From NCBI GenBank assembly GCA_963760795.1, contig CAVXEP010000020.1, forward strand, positions 64,001 to 128,000: a stretch of 64,000 bases of DNA. Direction: 5' to 3'. This document shows, one piece after another, positions 1-9,976 of this stretch. Below the pieces are notes generated by a model. That model did not search any database. It was not told where the DNA came from and saw nothing but the letters and a program-made list of their open reading frames with translations. The stretch is from an uncultured delta proteobacterium. GTDB taxonomy: Bacteria > Desulfobacterota > Binatia > UBA9968. The stretch's first letter is position 1. Each line of letters opens with the position of its first letter. The position numbers and the translations under genes are program-made.

Positions 1-372
1 CACCCGGGCGTGATGGCCGACGGCGGTTCTGCCGCCGCGGTTGAAATATTCGGTGAACTCCTTCATGTCGCGGCCGAAGATCGATGTCGGTTTGAAATCC
101 GCCCCGGCCTCGCGCTCGACGAATCCGCCGAGCCGCTCTTTGGTGTAGCGGGAGAAATTCGATTTGCCCAGCTCGCCGTCATTGACCACGTCGATGCCGC
201 AGTCGATCTGCTTTTGCACCACTTCGGCCACCGACTCGCTGGTCCGCTTGGCCAGCGCCGCGCTGTCATAAGGTTTACCCTCATTGCGCGCCACCAACAT
301 CTCCATCAAATCCTTGGGCCGCGCCAAACTGCCGACATGGGAGACTAAAATTCTATCCGTGCTATGTTTCAT
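1..372 (-). CDS. Cobalamin-independent methionine synthase II (MetE C-terminal-like) family protein, 5' part (runs off window start)
   Basis: Manual translation from ATG at 372 (RBS GGGAG): MKHSTDRILVSHVGSLARPKDL...QKQIDCGIDVVNDGELGKSNF. HVGSLxRP and GIDVVxDGE are family motifs. Not in the ORF track. Confidence 0.85.
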   Translation of the reverse strand, partial: MKHSTDRILVSHVGSLARPKDLMEMLVARNEGKPYDSAALAKRTSESVAEVVQKQIDCGIDVVNDGELGKSNFSRYTKERLGGFVEREAGADFKPTSIFGRDMKEFTEYFNRGGRTAVGHHARV

Positions 373-400
373 AAACTCCCTCAATAATGCTTCTAAACAA

Positions 401-436
401 TTGGAACCTTTGGAACCACTGGAACGATTGGAACTA
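401..436. repeat. Tandem 9-bp repeat x4 (ttggaacct/ttggaacca/ctggaacga/ttggaacta)
   Basis: Read directly; intergenic, abutting the stop of the 437-1579 gene. Confidence 0.85.
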
Positions 437-1579
437 TCATTGCTTTGCCGGCAGCGCCTTCTTGATCAACTCGCGAATGCTATCCAACTCCTCGATCCAC
501 TCAGTCGTGATCCACAGGTAGCGCCCGCCTTTGCTGCGCTTGGCGAGATCGAGAACTTTATCCTTGGGAATGTCTTCGCGCAGGGAGTCATACTGGCCGA
601 AAGTCTTGGCGTTGTGCTCTAGCCAAGTGCTCTGTCCTTCTTTGGAAAGCAGCCAATTGATCGCCACCTTGGCGGCGTTGGGATGGGGCGCGCGGTTGAA
701 GAAGCTCAGCGTGCCGTTGTAAGTCGCCAGCGACGCCCCTTCCTTCATATGGTTGGGAACGAATTGGTTGATCGGCAGTCCCTGCGCGATCGCTTTGTCG
801 ACATCGCGGGCGCCGAAGCCGAGGGCATGGCGCCCGGTGCTGAGCCAGTCCATCAGCTGGTCGTCCGAGCGCACGATGGTCATGTTGGTTTCGGCGTAGA
901 GCCGGCGCAGAAACTCCGGACCGAGTTCGGGATGCTTGTAGAAAAAAATCTGCGGCGTATTGATCGGCCCGGCCACCAGCGGATCGATGGTGACGATCTT
1001 ACCCTTCCACTTGGGATCGAGCAGATTCCAGTAGGAGCGAATCTCCGCGGCATTGACCAGCTTCGAATTAAAAGTGATATCGCCCGCCCGCGGCGTGCCT
1101 TCGAAGACGAAGATATAACGGTTCTCCGGATCGTTGTAATGATGCTTGCCCTCGAACCAATTGGCTTCGTTAAGAATCTCGGGCAGCACCAACAGCGGCT
1201 TGATCGGCTCGAGGATCTTGGCCTTGTGAAACACCGTCAGCGGCGTGACGTTGCCGGTGATGCACAGGTCGGCGATATACTTCTCGCCGCGCCGCTCGCT
1301 CATCACCCGCTGGCCCAGCTGAAAACCGCGGCCGACTACTGATGTAACCTTGATCTTGGGATACTTCTTCTGAAACCCGTCGCGAAACACCGACTCGAAC
1401 GCCGAGGTCATGTAAATGCTCACCGCCCCCTCTTCCTCCGCGGCTTTCACGGTCTTTTCCCAATCCGCTTGCCAGGCCGCCGGCTTAACTTCAGCGGCAT
1501 GGCCCAACGATTCGACCATGACTGAGAACAGCGTCAACAGAACCATTGCATAGGCATCACGAATCGATTTTGCGGTCAT
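437..1579 (-). CDS. Extracellular solute-binding protein (Fe3+/thiamine/polyamine-type, SBP_bac_6-like)
   Basis: Signal peptide; WEKTVKAAEEEG, LLDPKWKGKI and APHPNAAKVAINWLLSKEGQ motifs. Confidence 0.85.
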   Translation of the reverse strand: MTAKSIRDAYAMVLLTLFSVMVESLGHAAEVKPAAWQADWEKTVKAAEEEGAVSIYMTSAFESVFRDGFQKKYPKIKVTSVVGRGFQLGQRVMSERRGEKYIADLCITGNVTPLTVFHKAKILEPIKPLLVLPEILNEANWFEGKHHYNDPENRYIFVFEGTPRAGDITFNSKLVNAAEIRSYWNLLDPKWKGKIVTIDPLVAGPINTPQIFFYKHPELGPEFLRRLYAETNMTIVRSDDQLMDWLSTGRHALGFGARDVDKAIAQGLPINQFVPNHMKEGASLATYNGTLSFFNRAPHPNAAKVAINWLLSKEGQSTWLEHNAKTFGQYDSLREDIPKDKVLDLAKRSKGGRYLWITTEWIEELDSIRELIKKALPAKQ

Positions 1580-1717
1580 GGGCAGGCTTCCTTTCGCACG
1601 CCGGGTGATTAATCAATGGCCCGGTCAAAACGATACATGGAGGTAAATTTCTCAATTGATAATGTAAGCGGACCAGCTGATATTCCGCGGCGAAAATTTT
1701 ATCGATGTCTCGGCGTC

Positions 1718-3190
1718 CTAATCGCCTACTCGCCCCGACTGTTTCTCCATCACGTACTTCACCAAGAACGGCCATACTTGAGTTGCGTCGGCCAACATCT
1801 CGGCGTAGATGCCGTTCTTGTCAGCTTTGCGCCACGATTCATTCTCAGAATAGGTGCAGCCCGACAGATGGCCGAAGTGGGGCTTGTCAGGGCAAATTCT
1901 CACGCCATAGCAGAATTTGCGATTGGGGAAAGTCGGGCCCAGCCGCTCGTTGATGATCTCGATCAAGGGCGCGACGTTTTGCACGTTGTTACGCGGCACG
2001 CCGCCGCCGATGGAAAGTATGCCAAACCGCTTCGGCCCGGTGACCACGCGAATCAACTCTTTGCTGTCCAGTTCCAGGTTCATCAGGATCGGTTTCTTGC
2101 CGCGCCGGCGCCGTTTGATGTTGTGAATATAGATATCGTTGCCCAGCTCCGAGTCGACGAACGCCGGCACGAACACCGGAACGCCATGCTGGTACGCCGA
2201 CTTCAGCACGCCGCGATCCTTAGGGTAATTTTCCGCAAGATGCTTGCCGATTAGTTTATTAAACGCCGTCGGACTGAGCATCACTTTGCCGTCGATCTTG
2301 TCGATCACCTTGCCGATGACTTCTTCCACCGTGTCCAGATTGGATTCCGGCTCCAACGTGTCGGTCACGCGGTTGAGCTTACGCCGCGCCAGCTCGGTGT
2401 CGTCGTACTTGGGATTGTATTTGTAATGCTTGAGGCCTATGGAGGATACCAAGCCATGAGCCATCAGCGCGCCGGTGGACGAGATCGCATGGATCAAGCC
2501 CAGCTCGATCATGTCGCAGATGATCAGATCCATCTTGCCGACGGTCATGGCGCCGCTGACCGTGAGAAAACGCACGCAGTCCTTATCGCCGGTCATCGCT
2601 TCAAGAGCTTTTGCGCCGCGCGCCACCTGCGCCGCCAGGCCGCCATTGGCAGCCAGGCCGGAGATGAAGGAACTGATCGAGCTGCGCCTGCCGTTCAACC
2701 ATTCATCGAGGGCGGCGTAAATCACCGGCATGATGAAACGCGGATCGGCGAACACGGCGTCGGGGAAAAACCCGTCACGCACCTGGCCGGGCCGCGCCAT
2801 GTCGAAGGGGTTAATAAAGATGGCGCGCTTGGGCTTCTTATAAATCGGCTCGGCATCGCGCTCGGAGAACGCGCCGACGACGATGACATTGCCGCCGCGA
2901 GTCTGCATCTTGGCGTAGGCCGATGGCGTCACGATCCGCCGGCACCAGCGATTTTCAACAAACTTCTTGAGCAGCCGTCCCAGCGGTGTATTCTCCAGAC
3001 CGTCGTAGATCAGCAGCGGCTTGTCTTGAGCCGACGCCATCGCGCAAATGGTCTTGGCCGCCTCGCCGAGCATGCGCGCGCCAAAGGCGCAGTAGCGCAT
3101 GGCGTCAACGATATCACCGACCGATTCGCACCGTTGTAGATCGATGGATTTCAGTTCCTCGAATTGTCGGGTTTTGGCGGAATGTTTCAT
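1718..3190 (-). CDS. Deoxyhypusine synthase-like (homospermidine synthase-type) protein with extra N-terminal domain
   Basis: LTVSGAM, ISSTGA, PAFVDSELG, IGGGVPRN and GHLSGCTYSENESWRK motifs of the DHS family. Alternative TTG start at 3211. Confidence 0.85.
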   Translation of the reverse strand: MKHSAKTRQFEELKSIDLQRCESVGDIVDAMRYCAFGARMLGEAAKTICAMASAQDKPLLIYDGLENTPLGRLLKKFVENRWCRRIVTPSAYAKMQTRGGNVIVVGAFSERDAEPIYKKPKRAIFINPFDMARPGQVRDGFFPDAVFADPRFIMPVIYAALDEWLNGRRSSISSFISGLAANGGLAAQVARGAKALEAMTGDKDCVRFLTVSGAMTVGKMDLIICDMIELGLIHAISSTGALMAHGLVSSIGLKHYKYNPKYDDTELARRKLNRVTDTLEPESNLDTVEEVIGKVIDKIDGKVMLSPTAFNKLIGKHLAENYPKDRGVLKSAYQHGVPVFVPAFVDSELGNDIYIHNIKRRRRGKKPILMNLELDSKELIRVVTGPKRFGILSIGGGVPRNNVQNVAPLIEIINERLGPTFPNRKFCYGVRICPDKPHFGHLSGCTYSENESWRKADKNGIYAEMLADATQVWPFLVKYVMEKQSGRVGD

Positions 3191-3225
3191 TGCAGCTTTC
3201 GTGTTCTTCAAATGCCCTTAGCAAA

Positions 3226-3253
3226 GAGGACGGGTTTAAAGCCCGTCCCCAAC
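3226..3253 (-). repeat. REP-like palindrome (GTTG variant of the GTAG family)
   Basis: ggacgggtttaaagcccgtcc hairpin followed by ccaac; similar to 9775-9800. Confidence 0.6.
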
Positions 3254-3300
3254 AAGAATTGAATCTATTTTGCGTTCTTTGCGGCTAACCTTCCGGGATT

Positions 3301-4335
3301 CTAGCGCAGCGCCGGCAACACCGACTGGGCGCAGCGCTCCATCGACTTGAGCACTTTGTCTTGGCTCAAGCCGCCGAAGTGAAAGGTCAAGCCGATATGG
3401 GTCGTGCCAACCACGTCGACGATGCGCTTGAGAATGCGCGCGCAAGTCTCCGGCCCGCCGAACACCCCGCGGCTTTCGCGCGCCATCGCATCGTAGCTCA
3501 AGTGTGGGAACCTGGTCTCCCAGGCCGGAGTTCCCGGCTCGGTGCCGGTCGCTGCCAAGGCGAACACGCGCCAGCGGTGCCAGTGCTCGATCACTTCTGC
3601 GCGCGCGCTTTCGTCGGTGTCGCCGACATAGACCGGATACATGGTAAAGACATCTTTGTCGTCGGTGCGATGACCAGCCGCGCGAAGCGCCGCTTTGTAC
3701 CACTCAATGCGCGGTGCCTGGTCTTCGTTGGTGACGACCCACGGCAAGGTCATCAAATGGTGGCCGCGCTTGCCGATCATGGCGAAGCTCTCCGGATCAC
3801 GATTGGCGGTGATATATATCGGTGGATGGGGCTGCTGAAACGGTTGCGGATAGACTTTGAGCTTGGGAAACTTGTAGTAATCTCCCTGCCACTCGAACTC
3901 CTCACCGCTCCAGGCCCGCATGACGATATCGAGCGCTTCGGGCAAGCGTTTCTGGGCGCTCGTATAGTCGTGACCGAATACCTCGTATTCGTCGGGGTGC
4001 ATGCCTCGTCCCGCGCCGAAATTTAGCCGCCCGCTCGACAGCTGATCGACCATGGCAAACTCTTCGGCGATGCGCAGCGGGTTGTGCATCGGCAGCAGCG
4101 ATACCGCTGCGCCCAAGCGCATCTTCTTGGTGCGCTGCGCCGCCGCCGCGAGCATCACCGACGGACTCGGCATCTGCCCGCCGAAGTGGCGAAAGTGATG
4201 CTCGGTCACCCACAACGAATCGAAACCCAGCGCTTCCGCGGCGTCCATCTGCTCGAGCCACTTGGAATAAATCTCCCGGCTACCGCCATCCAAATCGGGA
4301 ACATAGGTGTTAAGAATGTAATAACCGAATTTCAC
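3301..4335 (-). CDS. LLM-class flavin-dependent (luciferase-like) monooxygenase
   Basis: GTG start after GAGG; MKFGYY, LGFDSLWVTEHHF, PLRIAEEFAMVDQLSSGRLNFGAGRG, PFQQPHPPI. Confidence 0.9.
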   Translation of the reverse strand: MKFGYYILNTYVPDLDGGSREIYSKWLEQMDAAEALGFDSLWVTEHHFRHFGGQMPSPSVMLAAAAQRTKKMRLGAAVSLLPMHNPLRIAEEFAMVDQLSSGRLNFGAGRGMHPDEYEVFGHDYTSAQKRLPEALDIVMRAWSGEEFEWQGDYYKFPKLKVYPQPFQQPHPPIYITANRDPESFAMIGKRGHHLMTLPWVVTNEDQAPRIEWYKAALRAAGHRTDDKDVFTMYPVYVGDTDESARAEVIEHWHRWRVFALAATGTEPGTPAWETRFPHLSYDAMARESRGVFGGPETCARILKRIVDVVGTTHIGLTFHFGGLSQDKVLKSMERCAQSVLPALR

Positions 4336-4511
4336 ATCGACCTCTCTTTGTAACGTGCCACCGAAAATATGGGGAATTCGCCTGTGGGTCAAGCAAAGTT
4401 CGCAGGTTATAAATTGCCAGCGTCCCGGCGCTGCCTGCGCAAAGCCACTTCTATTTGCAATCGCGCGGTAAATTGGGATTATAGAGCGGTAACGATGCTA
4501 AGGAGACCCGC

Positions 4512-5381
4512 ATGAATCGAATCACCACCGCCGGCCGTCTGCTGTTGGCCCTTTTTTGGTTGGCGACATCGGCCGCGGCCCAGGCTCAAGACCTTGAGAA
4601 ACTGCCCTTCGTGCCGACACCGCAGATCGTCGTCGACGAGATGCTGAAAATGGCCGGCGTCACCGACAAAGACTTCGTCGTCGACTTGGGCTCCGGCGAT
4701 GGCCGTATGATCATCACCGCGGCGCGCAGCTTCAAAGCCAACGGTCTCGGCGTCGACATCGATGCCAAACTCGTCGATCTCGCCACCAGCCACGCGCGCA
4801 ACGAAGCCGTCAGCGACCGCGCCAAGTTCATCGAGCAAGATATGTTCAAGGCCGACATCAGCAAAGCCACGGTGGTGACGCTCTATGTCCTGCCCGATTT
4901 CATGGAAAAGCTACGGCCCAAACTTCTGCGCGAGTTGAAACCCGGCGCGCGTATCGTCGCCCATGATTATTATATGAGCGAGTGGCCTCCCGATCGCTTC
5001 GCGGAAATGAACGTGCCGGAGAAAAAAGCCGCCAACGGAACGGAGAAGGCCTATCTCTACCTGTGGACCGTTCCGGCAACCGTCCAAGGCGACTGGCGCA
5101 TCAATTGGGATTTCGGCGATGGCAAACCGCAGTTGATCGTCCTGGCATTCAATCAAAGATACCAAGTGATCAATGCTTCCGCCGCCAGCAAAGACGGCGA
5201 GATGAAGATCGCCAACGCCACGCTCAAAGGCGACGATATCGACTTTTTCCTCACCGTCGGCGCGAACAATTACCGCTTCACCGGCAAAGTTCAGGGCGAT
5301 CGCATGAGCGGCATTGCCGTCACCGGCGCCGGTGGCAAACCGATCCCGTGGAGCGCCGCCAAGATGCCGCCGGAAAAGTGA
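4512..5381 (+). CDS. Class I SAM-dependent methyltransferase with signal peptide and C-terminal beta domain
   Basis: PFVPTP, VVDLGSGDGR (motif I), GVDID, ATVVTLY, LKPGARIVAHDY; N-terminal h-region ending AQA. Confidence 0.85.
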   Translation: MNRITTAGRLLLALFWLATSAAAQAQDLEKLPFVPTPQIVVDEMLKMAGVTDKDFVVDLGSGDGRMIITAARSFKANGLGVDIDAKLVDLATSHARNEAVSDRAKFIEQDMFKADISKATVVTLYVLPDFMEKLRPKLLRELKPGARIVAHDYYMSEWPPDRFAEMNVPEKKAANGTEKAYLYLWTVPATVQGDWRINWDFGDGKPQLIVLAFNQRYQVINASAASKDGEMKIANATLKGDDIDFFLTVGANNYRFTGKVQGDRMSGIAVTGAGGKPIPWSAAKMPPEK

Positions 5382-5506
5382 GTTTGACATCTTGGCTTGG
5401 GTCTCGTAGGGAAAGGAAGTTGTCGACATCCTTCGGGCCTTGATGATGAATCGACTTAAGCAAAAACAAGTGAAATAAACCTAGATCGAAAGCGAGGGCA
5501 AATCTC

Positions 5507-6566
5507 ATGAACGCACCCGTATCCGCATACACCCCTGAAGTGGTATTGGCCGGCGAGAAGATCATTTCCGCCGACTCCCACATCCAGGAACCGGAAGATC
5601 TATGGGTCAATCAACTGCCGGCGGCGATGAAAGATCGCTACCCCAAATTTCCCAAGCGCAATTCGCCCGGCGAAAAACCCGGCGGCTGGGACCCCAAAGC
5701 GCGCATTAGCGAGATGGAAACCGACGGCGTGTCGGCCGAAGTGCTCTATCCGACGCTGGGGCTGCGCTTGTTCGCCATGGAAGACGCCGAATGCCAGGAA
5801 GCCTGCTTCCAAATCGCCAACGATTGGATGATCGACTACTGCAAAGTGACGCCGGGCCGGCTTGATCGGCATCCCGATGATCTCGCTGTACAATATCAAG
5901 AACGCCATCAAGGAACTCGAGCGTTGCAAGAAAGCCGGCATGGTCGGCTGCTTGATCTGGCAGGTACCGCCGGACCATCTGCCGTTCTCCAGCGACTACT
6001 ACGATCCGTTCTGGGAAGCCGCCGGCGAGATGAATATGCCGGTGAACTTGCATATCCTCACCGGTTTCAACTACAGCCGCTTCGAGCGCAAAGGACTCGA
6101 CACCTACAAGACCGCCGTCAACGATAAGGTCAACGACGCGGCGAATACGTTATTCGATCTGATCTTCACCGGCGTGTTGTCGCGTTTCCCAAAACTCAAA
6201 CTGGTCTACGTCGAAAATGAATGCGCCTGGCTGCCCTTCTACTCCCACGAGTGGGACAAATACTACACCCGCTTCAAAACCAAAGTGCCGCTGCCGTTCA
6301 TGAAAAAACTCCCCGGCGAGTATATCGACGAACAAGTGTACGCGACCTTTTTTAGCGATCCGTGCGGCGGCCAGCTGATGAATCGTTTCGGCCAAGACAC
6401 CTTCATGTGGTCCAACGATTACCCGCACGCCGCCTCGCCCTGGCCGCACTCGCGCAAGGTGATCGCCGAAGAGTTGGGCCACCTGCCCAAAGACGTGCTG
6501 CGCAAGGTCGTGCGCGAGAACGTCATCAAGCTCTACAACTTGAAGATCGACGGCATCAACAATTGA
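5507..6566 (+). CDS. Amidohydrolase family protein (Amidohydro_2), one frameshift near 5860
   Basis: ORFs 5507-6127 and 5862-6566 join; ISADSHI, VLYPT, NLHI, VENECAW, MWSNDYPH. Confidence 0.85.
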
Positions 6567-6579
6567 ATTGTCCAAGCGA

Positions 6580-6650
6580 GTCATCCCGAACGAAGGTGAG
6601 GGATCTCGATTCCCGCGCCTATCCGAGCGCTGCCGAGGCTCGAAATGACA
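6580..6650. repeat. GTCAT...ATGAC-bounded intergenic palindromic element
   Basis: gtcatcccgaacgaaggtgagggatctc ... ctcgaaatgaca. Confidence 0.55.
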
Positions 6651-6670
6651 AAATAACACGGAGAATCGCC

Positions 6671-7165
6671 ATGCAGAAAAGCGCCACCGCCGCGGTTTTT
6701 AAAAACTACGATCAACCGAAGACCCAGCTCTTCTCGCTCAAGACGCCGTACATGGAACAAGGCCGAGTCACCCAGCTGGTCGCGGAAACGCCGAACCTGT
6801 GGATTCACACCAAGGTCAATGCCGAAGGCGGCGAAAACGAAATCCATAAGCACTTGGGCGAAGACCACGCCTTCATCGTTCTCGAAGGACAGATGAGCGT
6901 CTTCGACGAACAGGGCGGCGAGATCGAAGTGAAGCAATATCAGGGCGTGATGATCCCCAAGGGTGCTTACTATCGGTACTTGAATACCGGCGACGGCAAC
7001 CTGGTTGTGATCCGTGTCGGCGCCGGCGTAAAGGGACAACAGCAGGCGGGTCAGGAAACGCGCCTCGGCGCCGACGGCAAACCACTGGTCAGCGGCACAC
7101 CGGAGAACCGCAACAAACCGCCCATCGAGATGATCGGCAAGTTTTTCGCCGAAGCCGCGGGTTAA
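6671..7165 (+). CDS. Cupin domain protein
   Basis: ATG after GGAG; GENEIHKHLGEDHAFIVLEG ... GVMIPKGAYYRYLNTG cupin motifs. Confidence 0.85.
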   Translation: MQKSATAAVFKNYDQPKTQLFSLKTPYMEQGRVTQLVAETPNLWIHTKVNAEGGENEIHKHLGEDHAFIVLEGQMSVFDEQGGEIEVKQYQGVMIPKGAYYRYLNTGDGNLVVIRVGAGVKGQQQAGQETRLGADGKPLVSGTPENRNKPPIEMIGKFFAEAAG

Positions 7166-7202
7166 GCGCGCTGCTGCGCGGCAAATACTTGTCGAAGCCA
7201 AA

Positions 7203-7232
7203 GGGCCGCTCACAGTGAGCGGCCCATTTTTT
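7203..7232 (+). terminator. Rho-independent terminator
   Basis: GGGCCGCTCAC-A-GTGAGCGGCCC perfect inverted repeat followed by ATTTTTT, downstream of the cupin gene. Confidence 0.8.
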
Positions 7233-7294
7233 GGCGCGTAGTTTCCGTAGATCTTGACTCATAGGTCGCGAATAGATTTAGCAGTCGTTTCGTC

Positions 7295-7368
7295 GTCATG
7301 CCGGCGCAGGCCGGCAACCATCTTCGTTGCCACAGCCACACCTGGATACCGGCCTGGGCCGGTATGAC
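7295..7368. repeat. GTCAT...ATGAC-bounded palindromic element (26-bp imperfect inverted arms)
   Basis: GTCATGCCGGCGCAGGCCGGCAACCA versus the reverse complement of TGGATACCGGCCTGGGCCGGTATGAC (4 mismatches). Confidence 0.7.
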
Positions 7369-7530
7369 CGATGATCGATTTGATGAATTTCAAAGCATGC
7401 ACGCTCGTTCATCTTAACTCCAACCGCAACATTCTCCCCAACCGAGTTTGACAGCCCACCGCTGAGTTCAGTATTGCTCATAGCGCAAGTCATTCTAGGG
7501 CGCGTGAGCGCCAATCCTGTGAGGGTTGCT

Positions 7531-8559
7531 ATGAAAAAAATAGTTCTAGCTCTTTCACTCGGTTTGTTCTGCACTTCACATGTGCACGCCCAAGGGCAAT
7601 TCTTCGAAGGCAAGACCGCCAAGATCATCGCCGGCTTCGGCGCCGGCAGCGTCGACGATGCTTGGTCGCGCATGCTCGCCCGCTTCATGGGCAAACACAT
7701 CGCCGGCACACCGAGCTTTCTCGTGCAAAACATGCCCGGCGCCGGCGCCATGATCGCGGCTAATTATGTTTATAGCGTCGCCAAACCTGACGGACTCACC
7801 TTGGCCGGCATTCGCGCCGGGCTTTACTTCGACCAGCTGGTGCGGCGCAAGCAAGTGCATTTCGACTGGCGCAAGTTCACCTGGCTCGGCAGTCCGTCGC
7901 AGCCCGATCAGATGATCTATATCCGCGCCAATTCGCCGTACAAAACCATTCACGACGTGCGCAGAGCCGCCGACCCGCCCAAGTGCGGCGCCTCCGGCAC
8001 CGCATCCCCCGGCCACTATCTGACTACTCTCTTGGAACAAACCATCGGCGCGAAATTTATTTCGATCACCGGCTACAAAGACGGGCCCGAGGTCGACCTG
8101 GCGGTCGAGCGGGAAGAAATCCATTGCCGCGGCATTTCCTTGGAAACCGGCTTCGCCCGCGAGCCGCTCATCGGTTGGCTCAAAAGCGGTTATGTCCGCG
8201 TGCTCATGCAGACCGGCAGAAAGCGCGACCCCAGACTGCCCGATGCGCCGACCATCTACGAGCTCATGGATGAGTTCAAAACGCCGGAGTCGGGCCGGCG
8301 CTTGGCGACGATTGTCCTCGCCGTCGCGCAATTCGGCCGCCCCTACGTGTCGTCGCCGGGACTGCCGCCGGAGCGGGCGAAAATGTTACAGAGCGCCTTT
8401 GTCAAAGCGACCAGCGATCCGGAGTTCGTCGCCGAGGCGAAACGGCGCCAACTCGAACTCAATCCGATCTACGGCGACGAACTGAACACCCTTGCCCAGG
8501 AAGTCATCGCTCAGCCCGTCGACGTCGTCGAACGGATGAAACAGATCATGGGCAACTGA
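7531..8559 (+). CDS. Tripartite tricarboxylate transporter (Bug/TctC) substrate-binding protein
   Basis: Signal peptide; GFGAGSVDD, VQNMPGAG, AKPDGLTL, GYKDGPEVDLAVEREE. Confidence 0.88.
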   Translation: MKKIVLALSLGLFCTSHVHAQGQFFEGKTAKIIAGFGAGSVDDAWSRMLARFMGKHIAGTPSFLVQNMPGAGAMIAANYVYSVAKPDGLTLAGIRAGLYFDQLVRRKQVHFDWRKFTWLGSPSQPDQMIYIRANSPYKTIHDVRRAADPPKCGASGTASPGHYLTTLLEQTIGAKFISITGYKDGPEVDLAVEREEIHCRGISLETGFAREPLIGWLKSGYVRVLMQTGRKRDPRLPDAPTIYELMDEFKTPESGRRLATIVLAVAQFGRPYVSSPGLPPERAKMLQSAFVKATSDPEFVAEAKRRQLELNPIYGDELNTLAQEVIAQPVDVVERMKQIMGN

Positions 8560-8573
8560 GCAAAAAGAGTCCG

Positions 8574-9665
8574 ATGAGAAACTTGATAATCTTGATCGCA
8601 TTCTTCTGCGTCGCCGCCTATGGCATCAGTTCGGCTCACGCGTTGACCGCTGAGGAGATCGCCCTGCTAAACAAACCGGACCGCCAAAAGATTCTCGAAG
8701 AAGGCGCCAAGAAAGAAGGTAAAGTGGTTTGGTACACGCCGCTGATCGTCAACCAGGCGGTGCGCCCACTCAAAGAAGTTTTCGAGAAAAAGTATCCATT
8801 CCTCAAAGTCGACTTCCATCGCGCCATCTCGCGCGGTTTGGTGCAGAAATGGCTCGCGGAAAACGCCGCGAAGCGCTACGAAGTCGACGTAGTCGGCGGC
8901 GGCGAAGTGACCATGCTCGGCAAGAAGGCCGGTCTGCTACTGCGCTTTTCCTCACCCTTCTCGCGCGAATACCCTACGGAATTGAAAGACCCCCAAGGTC
9001 TTTGGAGCGCGACCAATCTTTATTTCATGACGCTCGCCTATAACACACGGCGCATCAAGCTCAATGAAGCGCCGAAAACCTATGAAGACTTATTGAACCC
9101 CAAGTGGAAAGGTCGCATGGCCTGGCACATGGGCTCCAACAGCGGCACGCCGCTGTTTATCGGCAACATCATTTCGGCCCTGGGAGAAAAAGCAGGTACC
9201 GCATATTTGCAGAATTTGGCCAAGCAAGGTGTTATCTCGGCAACCGCAAGCGCCCGCGGCATCGTCGATCTGGTGGTCGCCGGCGAATACGACATCGCCA
9301 TCAATATCTTTAACAACCATGCAGAGATCAGCAAAGATGCCGGCGCGCCGGTAGACTGGCAACCCCTGGAGCCGGTGCCGTCGCAGATGGGAACAACCAG
9401 CGTGGCGAAAACCGCGCCGCGGCCCCATGCGGCGATGCTATTCACCGACTTTCTCCTATCCGAAGAAGGTCAAAAGGTGTTTCAACGCGCCGATTATTTA
9501 CCGGCCCATCCCAAGATTTTGGCACAATCTCCCGAGCTCAAACCAGGCGGCGGCAGATTCGCCAAGGCCAATTATTTTCATCCGGAAACAGTCATGGAAC
9601 AGAGCGACAAATGGCTCGCGCTGCAAGAGAGAATTTTTACCAAGCAGCGAAGCACTTCGCCGTGA
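8574..9665 (+). CDS. Extracellular solute-binding protein (Fe3+-type family), paralog group A
   Basis: EEIALL..PDRQKILEEGAKKEGKV, YNT, PKTYEDLLNPKWKG, APRPHAAMLFTDFLLS. Confidence 0.88.
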   Translation: MRNLIILIAFFCVAAYGISSAHALTAEEIALLNKPDRQKILEEGAKKEGKVVWYTPLIVNQAVRPLKEVFEKKYPFLKVDFHRAISRGLVQKWLAENAAKRYEVDVVGGGEVTMLGKKAGLLLRFSSPFSREYPTELKDPQGLWSATNLYFMTLAYNTRRIKLNEAPKTYEDLLNPKWKGRMAWHMGSNSGTPLFIGNIISALGEKAGTAYLQNLAKQGVISATASARGIVDLVVAGEYDIAINIFNNHAEISKDAGAPVDWQPLEPVPSQMGTTSVAKTAPRPHAAMLFTDFLLSEEGQKVFQRADYLPAHPKILAQSPELKPGGGRFAKANYFHPETVMEQSDKWLALQERIFTKQRSTSP

Positions 9666-9733
9666 ATAGCCGCGACCATCGCATTTTCAGCAGTCAGGTC
9701 ATAGGGCGGCGAAGCCGCAACCGAAAAAAGAAT

Positions 9734-9760
9734 GGCCGCAAAGAACGCAAAGGCGCAAAA
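9734..9760. repeat. ccgcaaagaacgcaaaggcgcaaaa periodic micro-repeat
   Basis: Related copies at about 3268-3288 (rev), 38625-38648 (rev), 39450-39472 and 56443-56472. Confidence 0.6.
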
Positions 9761-9774
9761 TAGAATCGGAAGTC

Positions 9775-9800
9775 GTAGTGGCGGGTTTGAAACCCGCCCT
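9775..9800 (+). repeat. GTAG-family REP
   Basis: GTAG tail followed by the hairpin ggcgggtt-tga-aacccgcc. Confidence 0.7.
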
Positions 9801-9976
9801 CTCGGCTTTGGCGCATCGAGAAATTTCCAAGCGCGCAAGCACGTGCCACTTTCTGAAACCTTCGTGTCGTTGGCGACCTTCGGCTAAGACCGACTTTTCT
9901 CTCGGTTGTCCCTTTGCCAACCATAACCGTTTTGTGATTAAAATCGAAAAAAGCGAATCTGCCAAGGAGTAATGCC

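Noticed and set aside
401-436. Short periodic repeats (also 58120, 62641) as CRISPR arrays
   Set aside because: Units are 8-9 bp without spacers, and there are no cas genes.
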